A DNA stretch of 64,000 nt from Hormiphora californensis (lineage: Eukaryota > Animalia > Ctenophora), in NCBI GenBank assembly GCA_020137815.1, contig CM035350.1, positions 1,922,001-1,986,000 of the forward strand. Reading direction: 5' to 3'. Every line of letters starts with the position of its first letter. Position 1 is the stretch's first letter. Under the pieces are notes generated by a model. It saw nothing but the letters and a program-made list of their open reading frames with translations. It ran no database searches and had not been told where the DNA came from. Below, piece after piece: positions 12,701 to 25,200 of the stretch. A program made the translations under genes and the position numbers.

Positions 12701-15700
12701 CAGCTCGGCATGACCCCCCCCTCCAAGTTGAGACAACTCCCCCTCCTCCAGGTTCTACTTTGTAGTGTTCGAGAAAGACACCTTCTTTACCACAATGGAT
12801 ATGGTGAATGGCAAGGTGGCCCTCCAAAGCAAGGTCTTCTCAATGGGTATCACTAAGAGGGGCAGTATTAGAAGTATTCAGCCCCGGGTGCAGTTCACAA
12901 TGAAGAGGAGTCAGGGTGATAATAGTTCCCGGTGTGTCTACTGGCAGGACAGTACCGATGGAATCAGAGACAGTAAGTTAACACCATGTTGCTGTCTGGC
13001 GACTGGCGAACTGGTTCGAACTTCGAACCCGAACAGAACGTAGTGTGAGCTATACAGCCATATTGCTGCCTGGTGCCGCCGACTCGATCTGAGCACCCTG
13101 GTGCGAGAATCAAAACGGCGCCACCAGACAGCCATTTGAAATAAAGACTATGGGTGAGCTATTATACCCATATCGTGGCCCCTCTGTGGCATGGTCCACT
13201 CTGACCATGTCCCTCTCTCTCTCTCTCTCCAGGGAGTATAATGGATGTAACGACAGTGTCAGTGACGGCTGATGAGGTGGTATGTGAGACAGATCACATG
13301 ACAAGCTTTGCCATTCTGATGAGCAGTGAGCCACTGCCCGAGGTCCATGAAAACATACTACGGGGTATCACCTATGTGCTGTGCAGTCTATCAATCATTG
13401 GACTCCTAATGTCCCTTATCGGACTATCTGTCTTCAGGTATAACTAACAAGGCTTGATTCAAATTCTTATAGTTGTAAGAGGAGGCTTATACTTAGGATT
13501 TACAACCGGAATTGGCTTGCCTCTAGTGACTTCTAGGTTTGACCAAATATCGACACGTTTTGACAGGCTTAGTCCCGCTGAAGGGGTGGGTGATCGTGTA
13601 GCTTCCTTACCCCGGCCTGGGACCACATTTTGATATTCCCACGCGTGTTTCAGAGTTATCAGAAAGCCGGTAGCCACCAAGGTTCATATCAACCTCAGTG
13701 CGGCCCTTCTTATGGGTAACCTCGTCTTCCTAATTGGGGTAGATCAGGTAATAATAACACATAATATGCAAAGCGAAAATAGGTGGCAATGGTACTCCAA
13801 ACATTGCGGGGACCGGGGATCTTCCTCTTTTTAACACTAGATAATGATTTCCAGCTAACAGTACCTTTTCATTATCTCCCCTAGACTGGTGGAGAGAATG
13901 GTAGTCCGATACCCTGTCTAATCTCTGGGATCCTAACCCACTACTTCCTACTTGCTGCTTTCTTCTGGATGGCGGTAGAGGGTATCCACCTCTACGTGAT
14001 GATAGTCCGGGTATTTGGACACCTCAGTACGGGCTTCCTTATCAAGTGTGCAGTGGCAAGTTGGGGCATGCCTCTTGTCATTGTGGCTGCCACTCTGGGA
14101 TGGGACATGAATAACTATAACACCACTGAATTGTAAGTTATTGGGCTTGTTCGACTAGCTGGTAGAAAGGGTTTAGCAGGATTTTCTATTCGATGTTGGT
14201 TCCATGTGTTGTGTGTAACCAATGTTGTATAACCCGTGTGTGTAACCCGTGTGTGTAACCCATGTTATGTAACCCATGTTGTGTGACCCATGTTGTGTAA
14301 CCCATGTTGTGTGACCCATGTTGTGTAACCCATGTTGTGTAACCCCTAATATCATAACCCCTCACCCGCAGTTGCTGGTTGAACAGGACACCCATGATAG
14401 CAATGTTCCTTTCTCCCGTTATGATAATCATCATGATCAACACTTGGCTTTTTGTCAGGGTCACCCAGGAGGTAAGACAACAGCTCCAAGTATACCCCCC
14501 CCCCTGATCGGGTCGGCGCCGGCAGACAGCTGATAGCAAATATATCCGCTTCAAAACTAACCCGTGCCTAACCCAAGTTCCCAATCACCATGATATACAT
14601 GTCCCCTCTTGTCATACTCAACACCCCCCCCCCCTTCCCTCTCAGATCAGCAAGTCTCAGAACAGGATTCGAAACGAGAACATGCCCAGCACCCACTGCC
14701 GAGCCCTGGATATTAGGCAGCAGCTCACCAAAGTTAGGGCCTCCATCTCAATAATGGTCCTTCTTGGTCTAACTTGGATAACAGGACCTCTCATGCTAAT
14801 TGATGTTAGTGAGATTCTAGACACATTCCCCCTTGCTTCAGTTAGATTCAGATCTATCAGTATCTTCTTCTGCTTCAGCCCAACATTGAACTTTGAAGTT
14901 AGATAATCTAGCACTAATATAACAATACCTCTATCATGGCTTTGTAACACCCATATAACACCCATATAACACCCCCTATAACACCCATATGATAACGCCC
15001 CCGCAATCTCAGATGTTACCGATGTCAGTGAAGCTAGCAATCTCATACCTGTTCACAGTCTGTAATTCCATCCAGGGATTCCTATTCTTCTTCTTTCACT
15101 GCGCTATCAAAACAGACGTCAAGGAACGCTGGAAAACCTACCTGGGTGAGTTTTAGTAGGGAGATCGTGGTGAGATATTGGATAAATGGGGTGAGGTGGG
15201 ATTTGGGCTCAGGATCTAGATGTCACAGGTGACACGGTTATTATATCACGAGAGTGAGCTTGTTACATGTTAAGTGTTAGGATCCTGCTACAGGTGGGGT
15301 CGGATCGGGGCGGCAGATAAATTATATCACTTTAAAGTGCACCTGTCAGTGTTACAGATCATTAGTTAGAGAAGGAGAGACTCTCTCAGAGAGGGAGAAA
15401 GAGAGAAAGGGAGAGTCATAGGAGAGAGAATACAAAATTAAAATATAGACGATGTTGAAATCATATTTACAGATTCCTGTAGGGTGGGGTTAATAGTGTG
15501 AATCGTAAATAATATGCCATATAATAATAGAGGAACACATTCTGATAATTCAACACCTTTGAAACCTGTTGATCTCACACCTCCCCCTTCGTCAGGTTTC
15601 GATCTCTCTCAATCGAAGATGACAAGTTTCAGCAAATCTCAATACGAGCAGCAGCAGCTGAGGAGTAGGAATAGGATATTATCTAATGCTGTAGTGTCAT

Positions 15701-16145
15701 CCAAACCAAAGAGCCCCGAGTTTCATAAACTGGGTAAGTTGTAATGGTGATGTTAGAGGGAATCTAGGGTTGGTAACGTGCAGTTCCCCTTCCTCGGCCC
15801 GAACAGCCTTGAGAAGGAACCACGTTACCAGTTCTAGGGAGAGAATGTATGGTCCACCATTACCACTTTTAAAACTTATCTGAATATAACTCAAGCTGTT
15901 TTCCCAAAGCTGAATAGTAATTGTTCCAACCAAAAGTACACATGTAACAGTAACAAAATATAGTAAACAAACACACTCTCCTCCCAGGTGACAGTGTAGC
16001 CAGTTCTCTGAACAAGTCTCTGGTGTCCTTCAAGCCAACACGGGCTAACAAAGTAAAGCCAGGGAGCGCCAGCAGTGCGGGATCAAGGGGGACCCGTGCG
16101 GAGTCACCCGAATACGACAGTGATCTTAATATCATGGACTTTTGA
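9735..16145 (+). CDS. Adhesion GPCR (ADGRG-like): Sushi/CCP-like x2, SEA-like, HormR-like, GAIN/GPS, secretin-like 7TM; 5' end not located
   Basis: GT-AG exons: 9735-9829, 10105-10279, 10432-10632, 10740-10917, 11247-~11505, ~11590-11789, 11999-12154, 12306-12548, 12752-12972, 13233-13437, 13654-13747, 13885-14132, 14372-14471, 14646-14804, 15013-15145, ~15473-15733, 15988-16145 (stop TGA). Motifs: GPS CVYW...CETDHM|TSFAILM; TM2 KVHINLSAALL; TM3 HYFLLAAFFWMAVEG; TM4 WGMP; ECL2 CWL; TM6 VLLGLTW; TM7 NSIQGFLFFFFHC. A few apparent 1-nt frameshifts are probably consensus errors. Confidence 0.93.
13495..13569 (-). mobile_element. Terminal fragment of the foldback element family seen at 24139-26199
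   Basis: tacaaccggaattggcttgcctctagtgacttctaggtttgaccaaatatcgacacgttttgacaggctta matches the reverse complement of the left terminus at 24137-24210. Confidence 0.85.
14215..14345. repeat. Tandem minisatellite (acccatgttgtgta-like units) in an aGPCR intron
   Basis: Directly visible ~14-16 nt repeats. Confidence 0.9.
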
Positions 16146-16379
16146 GGGAAATAAAGACAATAGTAATTAGAATGAGTGTGTTAAAGGCGTGTTGTTAGAG
16201 TGTCGATATAATACATAGTGTGCATCAATAGATCAGTGAGAAGATATCCAGAGTGAAAAGTTTATTTAGTGGTGTGTTGTAGCCTCTGACACAGTTTTTA
16301 GAGAAAAAAAATATCAGTTATTTTCCTTCTCTTCTCCCTGACAGTTACATATTTTGTAGAAATCCGTTATCCTTAGCTC

Positions 16380-18350
16380 CTCTCTATTCCTTGACAAGGC
16401 TATTTGAGGGTACCAGCGTGGGGCTGTCCTTTTGTCGCATGTCCGAGGTTATTCCCTGAAAGCAGAACGGGATACGTTATTGTTGGGAATTATGAAACAT
16501 GATGGCCCATCTTTGAGGTCAAACCTCCTTCAGCCCTTCAGTTTTCATTTCTGAGTCAAATCCATAAAAAAAGGTCGAACACACACTAGACAGTTGGGGC
16601 TTCCAGGGGGAAAAGTTACACCTACAAATAAGACAACTTACCCGTGGTTTTCGGTTGATATGCTTCTTCCTGCCCCGCAACAAACAGTCCATGTAACCCT
16701 GGTAACCGAGACCTGCTCGAAGGGGGTCGTCCCCGTCCCACAACTCGAACCCTCCACCGCCTCCACGGGGACTGGTTGCCTTATAACTCAGGATAGTCTC
16801 TGTAAGGACCATACCGGGATTTCAGTGGCTTCCAACTCCTCCTGTGTAATTTAAATAGAGAGTTAAACAGAGAGATAGTTAAACTCAAAAAGTTTTAAAA
16901 AGATGTGAGATCAATCTAACATAGCGAACTGTGTGAAACTGAAATTGTTTGAATCTGTGTATCCATGTCACACCTGTCTACAGGAGGACCGGGCCCAACT
17001 GTACACATCAGACATGTAGGACCGATCCCTGAAGTCCTCAAGGGGGGCACGGGGTTGTTGTCTGCACGGCGAAGATGGTAGAGACCCTGTGGTGCAACTG
17101 CTGCCCTCTGAGAATGGTCTGATTTCGGGCCGAGAGGGCTGGCTGCAGGGAGAGGGTGGGGTGAGAGAGGGCTGGTTGCAGGGAGAGGGACGAGGGTGGT
17201 GCAGGGTGAGATAAAAAATCATACTAGGAGTGAATAAATTGGGCTAGAACTAATTTGGATATGTTTGGGGATGGACATGCCTTTGCAATTGTTGCCCAAT
17301 TGGAAGATTGAAGACTGGTAATTACTAATTTGAGATGGTGTTTTGTTTAGATTGGAGAACTTCAAGTCTTTGCTATTTGTTCCTACCGGCGATAACTAGT
17401 TCTGAAGAGCCTGGAGCTGGGTTGTCTAGTTTCATCCCCCACCATACCACCACGACTCCTCATATCTTTACTGCTGGCCGGGGCTGTCTTCCTCCCGTCT
17501 CTTAGCTTCAAATCCTGGAGGGGGATATTGATACTACAAAGAAAATCAACAAGTAGTATGTGTTTTTGACCAATATCGGCCTCCCCCCCCCAATATCATG
17601 CTTGCAGCTAGGTATAAAAATCCCCAAATTTTCGGGACATAGTTATATGGACTCAAAAGGTTAAATAGTAGACCTTGCTGATGCTGACAGTGATGGTGCT
17701 GTTGGCTCTGGGTACCATGCTGAGTCTGCTAGAGGGGCACGAGCTGACCCCTCCCAGGTGCCGGGCTGTGGCCGTTGTGGTATCTGAGAACATTACTGCT
17801 GCAAGGGGCAAGGGTTTTAGTGACTGGGTATAATTGATAGCTTGCTACAAGTATACAGCTGGTTAGAAACAACACAAAACAGTACTTAATAGACATACGC
17901 ATAGCATAACATAGGGGGGGCTAAAACATACTCCACAGCGTGTGTTCCAACTGTTCTACGGCGATAACTAGTCTGAAGAGCTGGAGTGGGTTGTCTAGTT
18001 TCATCCCCCACCTACCACCACGACTCCTCATATCTTTACTGCTGGCCGGGGCTGTCTTCCTCCCGTCTCTTAGCTTCAAATCCTGGAGGGGGAATATTGA
18101 TTCAACAAAGAACATCAACAAGTAGTTTTTGACGAATCATACTTGCAGCTATAACAAATCCCCAATTTTTCGGGACATATAGTTATATAGACTCAAAGGG
18201 TTAAATAGTAGACCTTGCTGATGCTGACGGTGATGGTGCTGTTGGCTCTGGGTACCATACTGAGTCTGCTAGAGGGGCACGAGCTGACCCCTCCCAGGTG
18301 CCGGGGCTGTGGCCCGTTGTGGTTTATCTTGTAGACCATCTACTGCTGCA
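16380..18350 (-). CDS. Fragmentary spliced gene with a probable C-terminal PH-like domain; frameshifted in this assembly
   Basis: Minus-strand segments with splice sites at ~16841-16642 (RSWKPLKSR / MVLTETILSYK, resembling PH beta1-beta2), ~16620-16380 (LKDGPSCFIIP...W), ~17142-16974, ~17515-17387 and ~17800-17674. Frames need several indel corrections and part of the region is duplicated. Confidence 0.4.
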
Positions 18351-18490
18351 AGGGGCAAGGGGTTTTAGTGGACTGGGTATTAATTTGAATAGCTTGGCAT
18401 ACAAAGATAGAATACAAAGACAGTGGTTAGAAACTATAACAAAAGCAGTAGCTTTAATAGGACTACGTCATTGCATAAGCATGAGTTTCC
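17385..18490. repeat. ~550-bp tandem duplication (17385-~17910 and ~17957-18490)
   Basis: Both copies contain ggcgataactagt..., ctcttagcttcaaatcctggaggg..., gaccttgctgatgctgac... and ggttttagtg...; they differ mostly by single-base indels. Confidence 0.9.
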
Positions 18491-19361
18491 ATAACAACAA
18501 GAACTGTCTACAACTGCTGTCTCTATCTCAACTTCTCTAGCTCAACGTCTCATTCTGATTCTCTATCTTTTTATTCCCTCTTCTATCTCAGTCTCATTAT
18601 TATATTTTTGTGGCCTACTGAATACCAGAAAATGAACGCATGCCTGATATTAATCAACGAAAATTAAACTTCACTAGGCAGCACAAGACACGCACCGAGA
18701 GATAGGCTCAGAATGAAGATAGAGAGAGGGATCAGAGGGGGAGAGAGAGAGTGAGAGGGAGAAACAGAGAGAAAGAGTGAGAGAGAAAGCAGCCACTAAC
18801 GAGAGAAGATCAAAACATGCTGAGTGTGCATGGGAGTGTGTACATAATATATTCTGTGTTGTTGTGACAGATCAGGCAATTTCTATTCACCAACAAGCAT
18901 TACTAGAGAGGGAGCAACAAAGAGAAAAACACCAAACTACACAATATATCGCTAAAAAGACCCCATGCAAAGCCATCAAAAACCTAGAGCCCACCTAGAG
19001 ACAGGAGGTAACATTGTAAAGATTTGAAACTCAAATTTGAGAATCAAATCTTTGGTGCATCAATTTGAAAGTGAAACAGGTAGTTAATTTTTCTTAAATC
19101 CAACAAGGGGGATGAATCATCATCCAATATCAAGTTGAGTAGAGCTGCAGAAGATGATGCATCATCTTTCTATATAATACTGTGGAGGAGTGTTAACGCT
19201 GTAAAATGATCCAACACGTGACACTGTTAAAAGTAGTGTGCTCCAGAATCATATAAATGGAGAAAAACGTGGGGGGACGATGGAAAGCAGCAGATTTATG
19301 TGGTATGGACAGAGAAATCAGAAACATGATAGAGAGAGAGAGGGTGAGAGAGAGAGAGATC

Positions 19362-19416
<55 letters not shown>

Positions 19417-20489
19417 TGAGAGAGAGAGAGATAGAAAGAGATAGAAAGAGAGATAGATAGTAGTGCTCTGGAAATGATAGTTGTGTAAAAGTTCTGATCA
19501 TGCAGCCATGGTAAAACTAAACACGAGGGGGGTTGTGGTTAGAACATGTTTCTCTCTCTATCTCTCTTTCTCTATCTCTTTGAATGATATCGTGCCAGAG
19601 AGATACTGTAAAGGAGAAATGGAAGTAGAGACCGATACTGTTTTGGAGACGATCTTGCGGCTAACAAAGATGTTTCTTTTGAAAGAGAAACAATTTTCAA
19701 GTTGCTAACTATATAGAGACACGGGGGTACTTATCATATAATGGCCATACTAGAATATCAATAATGAACATAATATCATGCTTCCGAGTCACTCAAACTT
19801 AGGACTCTCATTTCTCTCTTTTCTGTCTCTCCCTATCTCTCCCTCTCTCTCTTTCTCTCAACAAGTCACAGGCTCAATCTCACTTTTCCTCATGAATTTC
19901 CCCCGGGGAGCATTTTGGGTGACCATAGCAACGATATATGTGACTTGGTGTGAGTTCTGTAACTCAACACATACACCCATGCAGTTTTCGAATAAGATTA
20001 TTAGAACTCTCTCTCTATCTTCCCGTTTCCCTCTCTTCCTCCCTCCCTCATCTCTCTGAGTCTTGTCTGGGACATGTAGCACGATGAAAATAATACGCTA
20101 ATTCGTTATGTTGTACAAAAAAAGTATTGTTCAATCGTTACAATCACACGTCAATCGAATGAACACTCATTATCAGTTCTGTCTAGTCAGTCCCTCTCCC
20201 ATTCAACTCCATTAGGTTGTGTCATGAGTTAGTTCATCGTTCAGTCATTCACACAAATCCAGTCTGTCGCTTGTCAGTCAGTCAGTCAGTCAGTTTTTGG
20301 AAAGGTTTTATTTTTGCCTGTCAAAAGAATAAGTCAATCATTCTGTCAGACATCGCCCTGACGTTTACTCGCACACCTCGCACTCAGAAGAGCGGAGCGA
20401 GGAGAGTAGTGAGTCAGATATGGCGCTGAGGGCAACTTTTATACTCTTCCCAGTCCCACTCCCCATGTGATAGAGTTGATTACTACTAC

Positions 20490-21786
20490 TTACAGGTGAC
20501 TCATGAGGAACTCCCTAAATTCATCCAGGGTAATAGTACCACCACCATCTTCATCATAAGTTGCAAAGGCCTCATCATAAACAAAGTCAGGGATAATATC
20601 AGGCTGGAGACCACACTGTTGCAGAATGTAACCTGGTGATGGGATACATTATAACATGAGTCCGCAAAGAAAAAAAAACTGGGTTTTCACAGAGCACAGA
20701 CCCAAGTTTCATTCACTATTCTTGGCGAGTTAAGATTCACTAACTGCCTAAAATTAGATACTAAGGATGTATATTAATTAGGTTAATTACCAGTTAATTT
20801 AGTACACTCCTCCTTATCCAATTCATTAGATCCATCATCATCAAACTTCCTAAACATCTGATCGATCTTTTCAGCCGTTCTCCTGTCTAGGGTTGTGGGG
20901 ATTGGGAGACGGATACAGAGAAATAGGGAAAACTAGAGAGAAGTAGGGAAAACTAGAGAGAAACGGGGAAAACTAGAGAGAATGTACAATGAACGCGTCC
21001 ACCATTATAGTCAGGAGGCCATACCAGCAAGATGAGATGACATGATCTCTTCCAGATTGTGACATTTAACAGCCGCTGATTTCTTCTTCTTTGCTTTCTC
21101 TGGTTTACCGCTGAATGGAGATTCACTTCTAGTTGGTTCTGTTTTGTTTCGACGCGGTTGAGGCCCTGCCCTGGAATACAGGCATTAACTAAATCGGTAT
21201 CTTGGTACCGATTTATTAGAGTAAACGAAATAATCTACCAAAAAAATACATCACACTCAGCCATTGTGTAATGTTTCACTTACCTAGCACCATTTCTGCT
21301 TCTCTCCTTATCAGGAATTTTACCACCCGCAGCAGGTTTATTGGTGGTGGTGGTGGCAGCAGGTTTGTCCTCGTCTGGTTTGGACTGAAGGGGTGTCGAG
21401 GTTATCTCCTCCACCTTCACCCCATCATCACGGGGAGTGTGGTCAAATGATCCAGCCTCTGGGAGATCCGGCCAGTCGGTGGTCATCTTGGGCATGTCTA
21501 TCTTGGGCAGCGACATGTCCATTTTGGGCAGCGACATGTCCATTTTGGGCAGAGACATGTCCATATTGGGAATACTGGTATTGTTGTTGCTATTGTTAGT
21601 GTTGTTGTTGTTGGATGTTGGAAGTCGTGTGGTACTCTCTCCACCAAGTCCTGTCAGTCTGTGTCGGGTAGGCGGGCACCCACAGTAGCTACACTTGGAG
21701 TTCTTGCCCTTCACAGGAGCCTCATAGTCGGAGCAGTCACATGTGGCACATTGGCCACGATCCTTTCCTCTCTTGTCTTGGCCCAT
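20490..21786 (-). CDS. Uncharacterised protein: N-terminal Cys/His cluster, (MDMSLPK)n repeat linker, C-terminal EF-hand pair
   Basis: Exons 21786-21284, 21170-21026, 20886-20791, 20632-20490 join in frame. N-term CATCDCSDYE...CSYCGCPPTRH; canonical EF loops DDDGSNELDKEE and DEDGGGTITLDE; ends FREFLMSHL*. Confidence 0.85.
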
Positions 21787-22271
21787 ATTACTGGGAGGGG
21801 AACAACAAAACGAAACAAGGGGGCGAGTGTGGTATGTTAGTGACTGCTAGGCTTGCATCTTCCGTGTAGAAGGTATATCTCTAAATGTGATCACTAAATA
21901 GGGACGCGGGAAAACCAACCACACAGTTTATACACTGCTGCTGCTGTAGCAGTCATGGCACATAATGGGGTCGCATATATAATGTGTTATGCCAAGTAAA
22001 ATGTATAAAAGTTACACCGAAAAGGACTGAACGCTGAATTCGAACCCAATATTTTAGAGGGAATTCAAAATGTCCCTGAAACCGATTGTTCACATTTCCG
22101 GAACTTGACAGTGGAATACTCTCGAACCTTTCATGGATTCCATCATTAGAACAGCCTACATGCTCAAGATATCTTCCCTTAGCTCACACAACACAAGCCT
22201 CAATACACTGACACAAACACACACAGTATAGTACTGTCTGTTTTATCTTTGTTTTTCTCCTACCGCACAAC

Positions 22272-25200
22272 ATGCGACAGTTTGTAGCCCGTTTTTTCCA
22301 GAAAACTGGTGAGACCATCGGTGTCCAGCACGCCTCCACATTCTCCGCAGAGTTCACTGCCCTAGCAGAGCGGGTTGATAGGCACCAGGAGTGGCAGGAA
22401 GAGATAGCAGAGACGCTGTGGGATAGTGTGGATAGGAGGGACAAGTCACTACTACATGATGTTACTGATCTACTGATGAGTGATAATGAGGGAGAGCTGC
22501 CTAGTCTGTACACCGAGAAGCATGGGGTTACCCTAGAGGCGGCAGGGAACAGTATTGATAGTCCGTATGGGGGTGCACTAAAGGCAATGAGCAGGTAACC
22601 AGTCGAGATAATGGTGTCAGAAAGAAATGAGAATAGGGACAATGCTTTGACATAGATAATGGCTAAATAGAACCTGGATTTATAAATAACTTCATACGGC
22701 ATGCCAAACGAATAGTGCCCTTTATTGGGGCTTCTAGGACCCCATAAAACAATCCCCGCCTCCACCCAGTTCCTCTCCCCAGGTACGTGTTACTGATATC
22801 AGATAAGGAGGGAGAGTACATGACCAAGATACAGGAACAGTTCATCAAGAGGATCCTGGCGGTACAGTTGGGGGAGGAAGTCCAGGAGAAGATAGAGGAG
22901 GAGAGGGAGATATTGCTGAACAGGAGGTTAGATGTGGATGCTGCCAAGATACGGTTTACAGATGTTGATAATATTGAGGATATGAAGGTACATGTGGGGG
23001 TTATCAAAACGGTAAATCTCTTTTTCGGTTCAGTCCAAAATCTAGGAGAAATCTGGGTTTGGTCAGTTAGAATTTTAACCTGGCCCTGAAAAAAACAAAA
23101 GCTCTCTCTCTCTCTCTTACAGGCAGCGGAAGCGGACATGAGGGAGGTTAAGATGGCATTTAACGAACAGATGACTCTCGTTGAGGACCTATTGACGGAG
23201 TGTGATCGGCTAAATACTGAACAGATACATCTTCTCGAGGACCTCGCTTACTCACATCACACCTTTTATAGTGAATGCGCTGAAGGTAAGATGTTCACAA
23301 TCATGGGGTTCATGAAATATATATATCTACCTGTATATAACTACCCTTGAATCTAAGTCGGGAATCCCATTATTCAAGAGCTCAGCAGGCAGCTCAGGTT
23401 TAGAGACACTCAAATCATCCCATGAGCTACCTGCTGAACTCTCAATGAGAGCCCCCCTTTTTCAGATTTCCAGTAAGATGTGTGGGGCCCTGACGGAGTA
23501 TATTACTATGACAGGTATCAGGAGGCCCCGTGTCTATGGAGAGAGACCTAGTGGGAAGAGGTCCAGTGAGCTGGATAGTATTCTAGCGAAGATAGTGCTT
23601 AGGGAACAGATAGAACAGGTAGGATTTAATGGTAATGTGGTCAAATTATGACACAATACGTAGTCGTGGGACTTTGATCCCACGACGACAGTTTGTAATC
23701 TTTGGAATAAGTTTCTTAAACTGTCAGCCTGTCGTAGGACAAGAGGGGTTAAGAAACTTATTAAAAGGGCAGTTATGACTCTTGGTTCCTCAGACAGTTA
23801 CCACTTATCTCCCTGGGTGGGCTAAGTAGAATCTATAGTACAGGGGGAAACAAGGCAGTGTGGGCAAAGTTGTGATGTTCTTCAGTGCCGCCTGGGGAAA
23901 AGATTATGATGTAGGGGGACACTGACCGCACTGACCTCTATACTTCCAGGGATTAGCTGAGGTTGATTGTGAGGCAGCTGCAGTACACGCTGAAGCAGAG
24001 GTGGAGATGACATTTGGAACGATACAGTTCGATCCCCTCGTCAAGATGGGAGAAACAGTCCAAGCGGTAAGAGTCTTGTTACCATGGTTACCATACCATG
24101 AGGTGTTGTTACCATGGTTACCATCTCATGACGTCATAAGCCTGTCAAAACGTGTCGATTTTTGGCCAAACCTTGAAGTCACGAGAGGCAAGCCAATTCC
24201 GGTTGTACATCCTAGGTATAGGTCTCCTGAACATAAAAAACCAAAATGTCAGTCTCAATTATTTGGGGGAAGGTGTGTAATTAGCCCCTAATTGATTGGT
24301 AATTGAGCACAAGGGGAAAAAGCTGTATCTACCCTTAGGAAAGGAGTAGAGACAAAATTAAGGGCACCAAAGTGTTCAGCGTCCTCGCATTAGTAGGGGT
24401 AGGTGCCGGAATGAATTCTCTATCTCATCTGGTTAATTAGATAATTGGATAATTAGGTATGCGCATAGCCGTTTGCTGGCCATATGGCTATAGCCATGTT
24501 AGGAAAGGAGTAGAGACAAAACCGAGGGCACTAAAATGATCAGCGTCCTCGAATTAGTGGGGGTAGGTGCTGAAATTAAATCTCTATCTCATCCGGTTAA
24601 TTAGATAATTGGATAATTAGTTTTGCGAATAACCGTTCTTAGGCTAGGGTAGAAAGGGGTAAAATGGCACACTTTCTAACGTTTTAGGTTCTAAAATACT
24701 CAATTTATACAGCAAGAAGAAAAAAATTATATAGGCTATCCAATGAAACGTTTTCCTTTCAGACGAGCTAAATTTTAAAATCTGAAAGTTTTATTTAATA
24801 GCTTAATTAATCAATTCAAAAAGTTTGGTAGGGCTTTTTTTGGAAATTTTGCACTGGGGTAAAATGATCCAGCCAATAGCATTGCTCGATTTTTATCACG
24901 TGCCTGGTGTTGTTAGAGCACTGGGGTAAAATGGTCCATGTTATCTTCAGTAATTTCTGTTCTGCTGGACCATTTTACCCCAGTGTGCTGGACCATTTTA
25001 CCCCAGTTGGTATCACGTGGTATTGGAGGCTCGATTTCATTGGTCCCAGGGTGAACCATTTTACCCCAGCGAGGGTGAACCATTTTACCCCAGTTTGACT
25101 AATTTGACAATTTAATCAACTTAATAGTGGGTTTTTTGAAAAATTTTTATACCAAGTTTTAGAAGGATAAAAACCCTAACTGGCAGTTTTTGCAAAATTA

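Noticed and set aside
16622-16641. Apparent 20-nt GT-AG intron on the minus strand (gtaagttgtcttatttgtag)
   Set aside because: Far shorter than the other introns here and located in an indel-rich stretch; probably a collapsed intron. Needs read-level confirmation.
17385-18490. Tandem exon duplication as possible mutually exclusive exons
   Set aside because: Differences are mostly 1-nt indels, and each copy degrades toward the junction, as expected from a mis-joined overlap of noisy long reads.
22184-23139. Minus-strand ORFs of 193 and 158 aa
   Set aside because: Antisense shadows of endophilin-like exons with no independent motifs.
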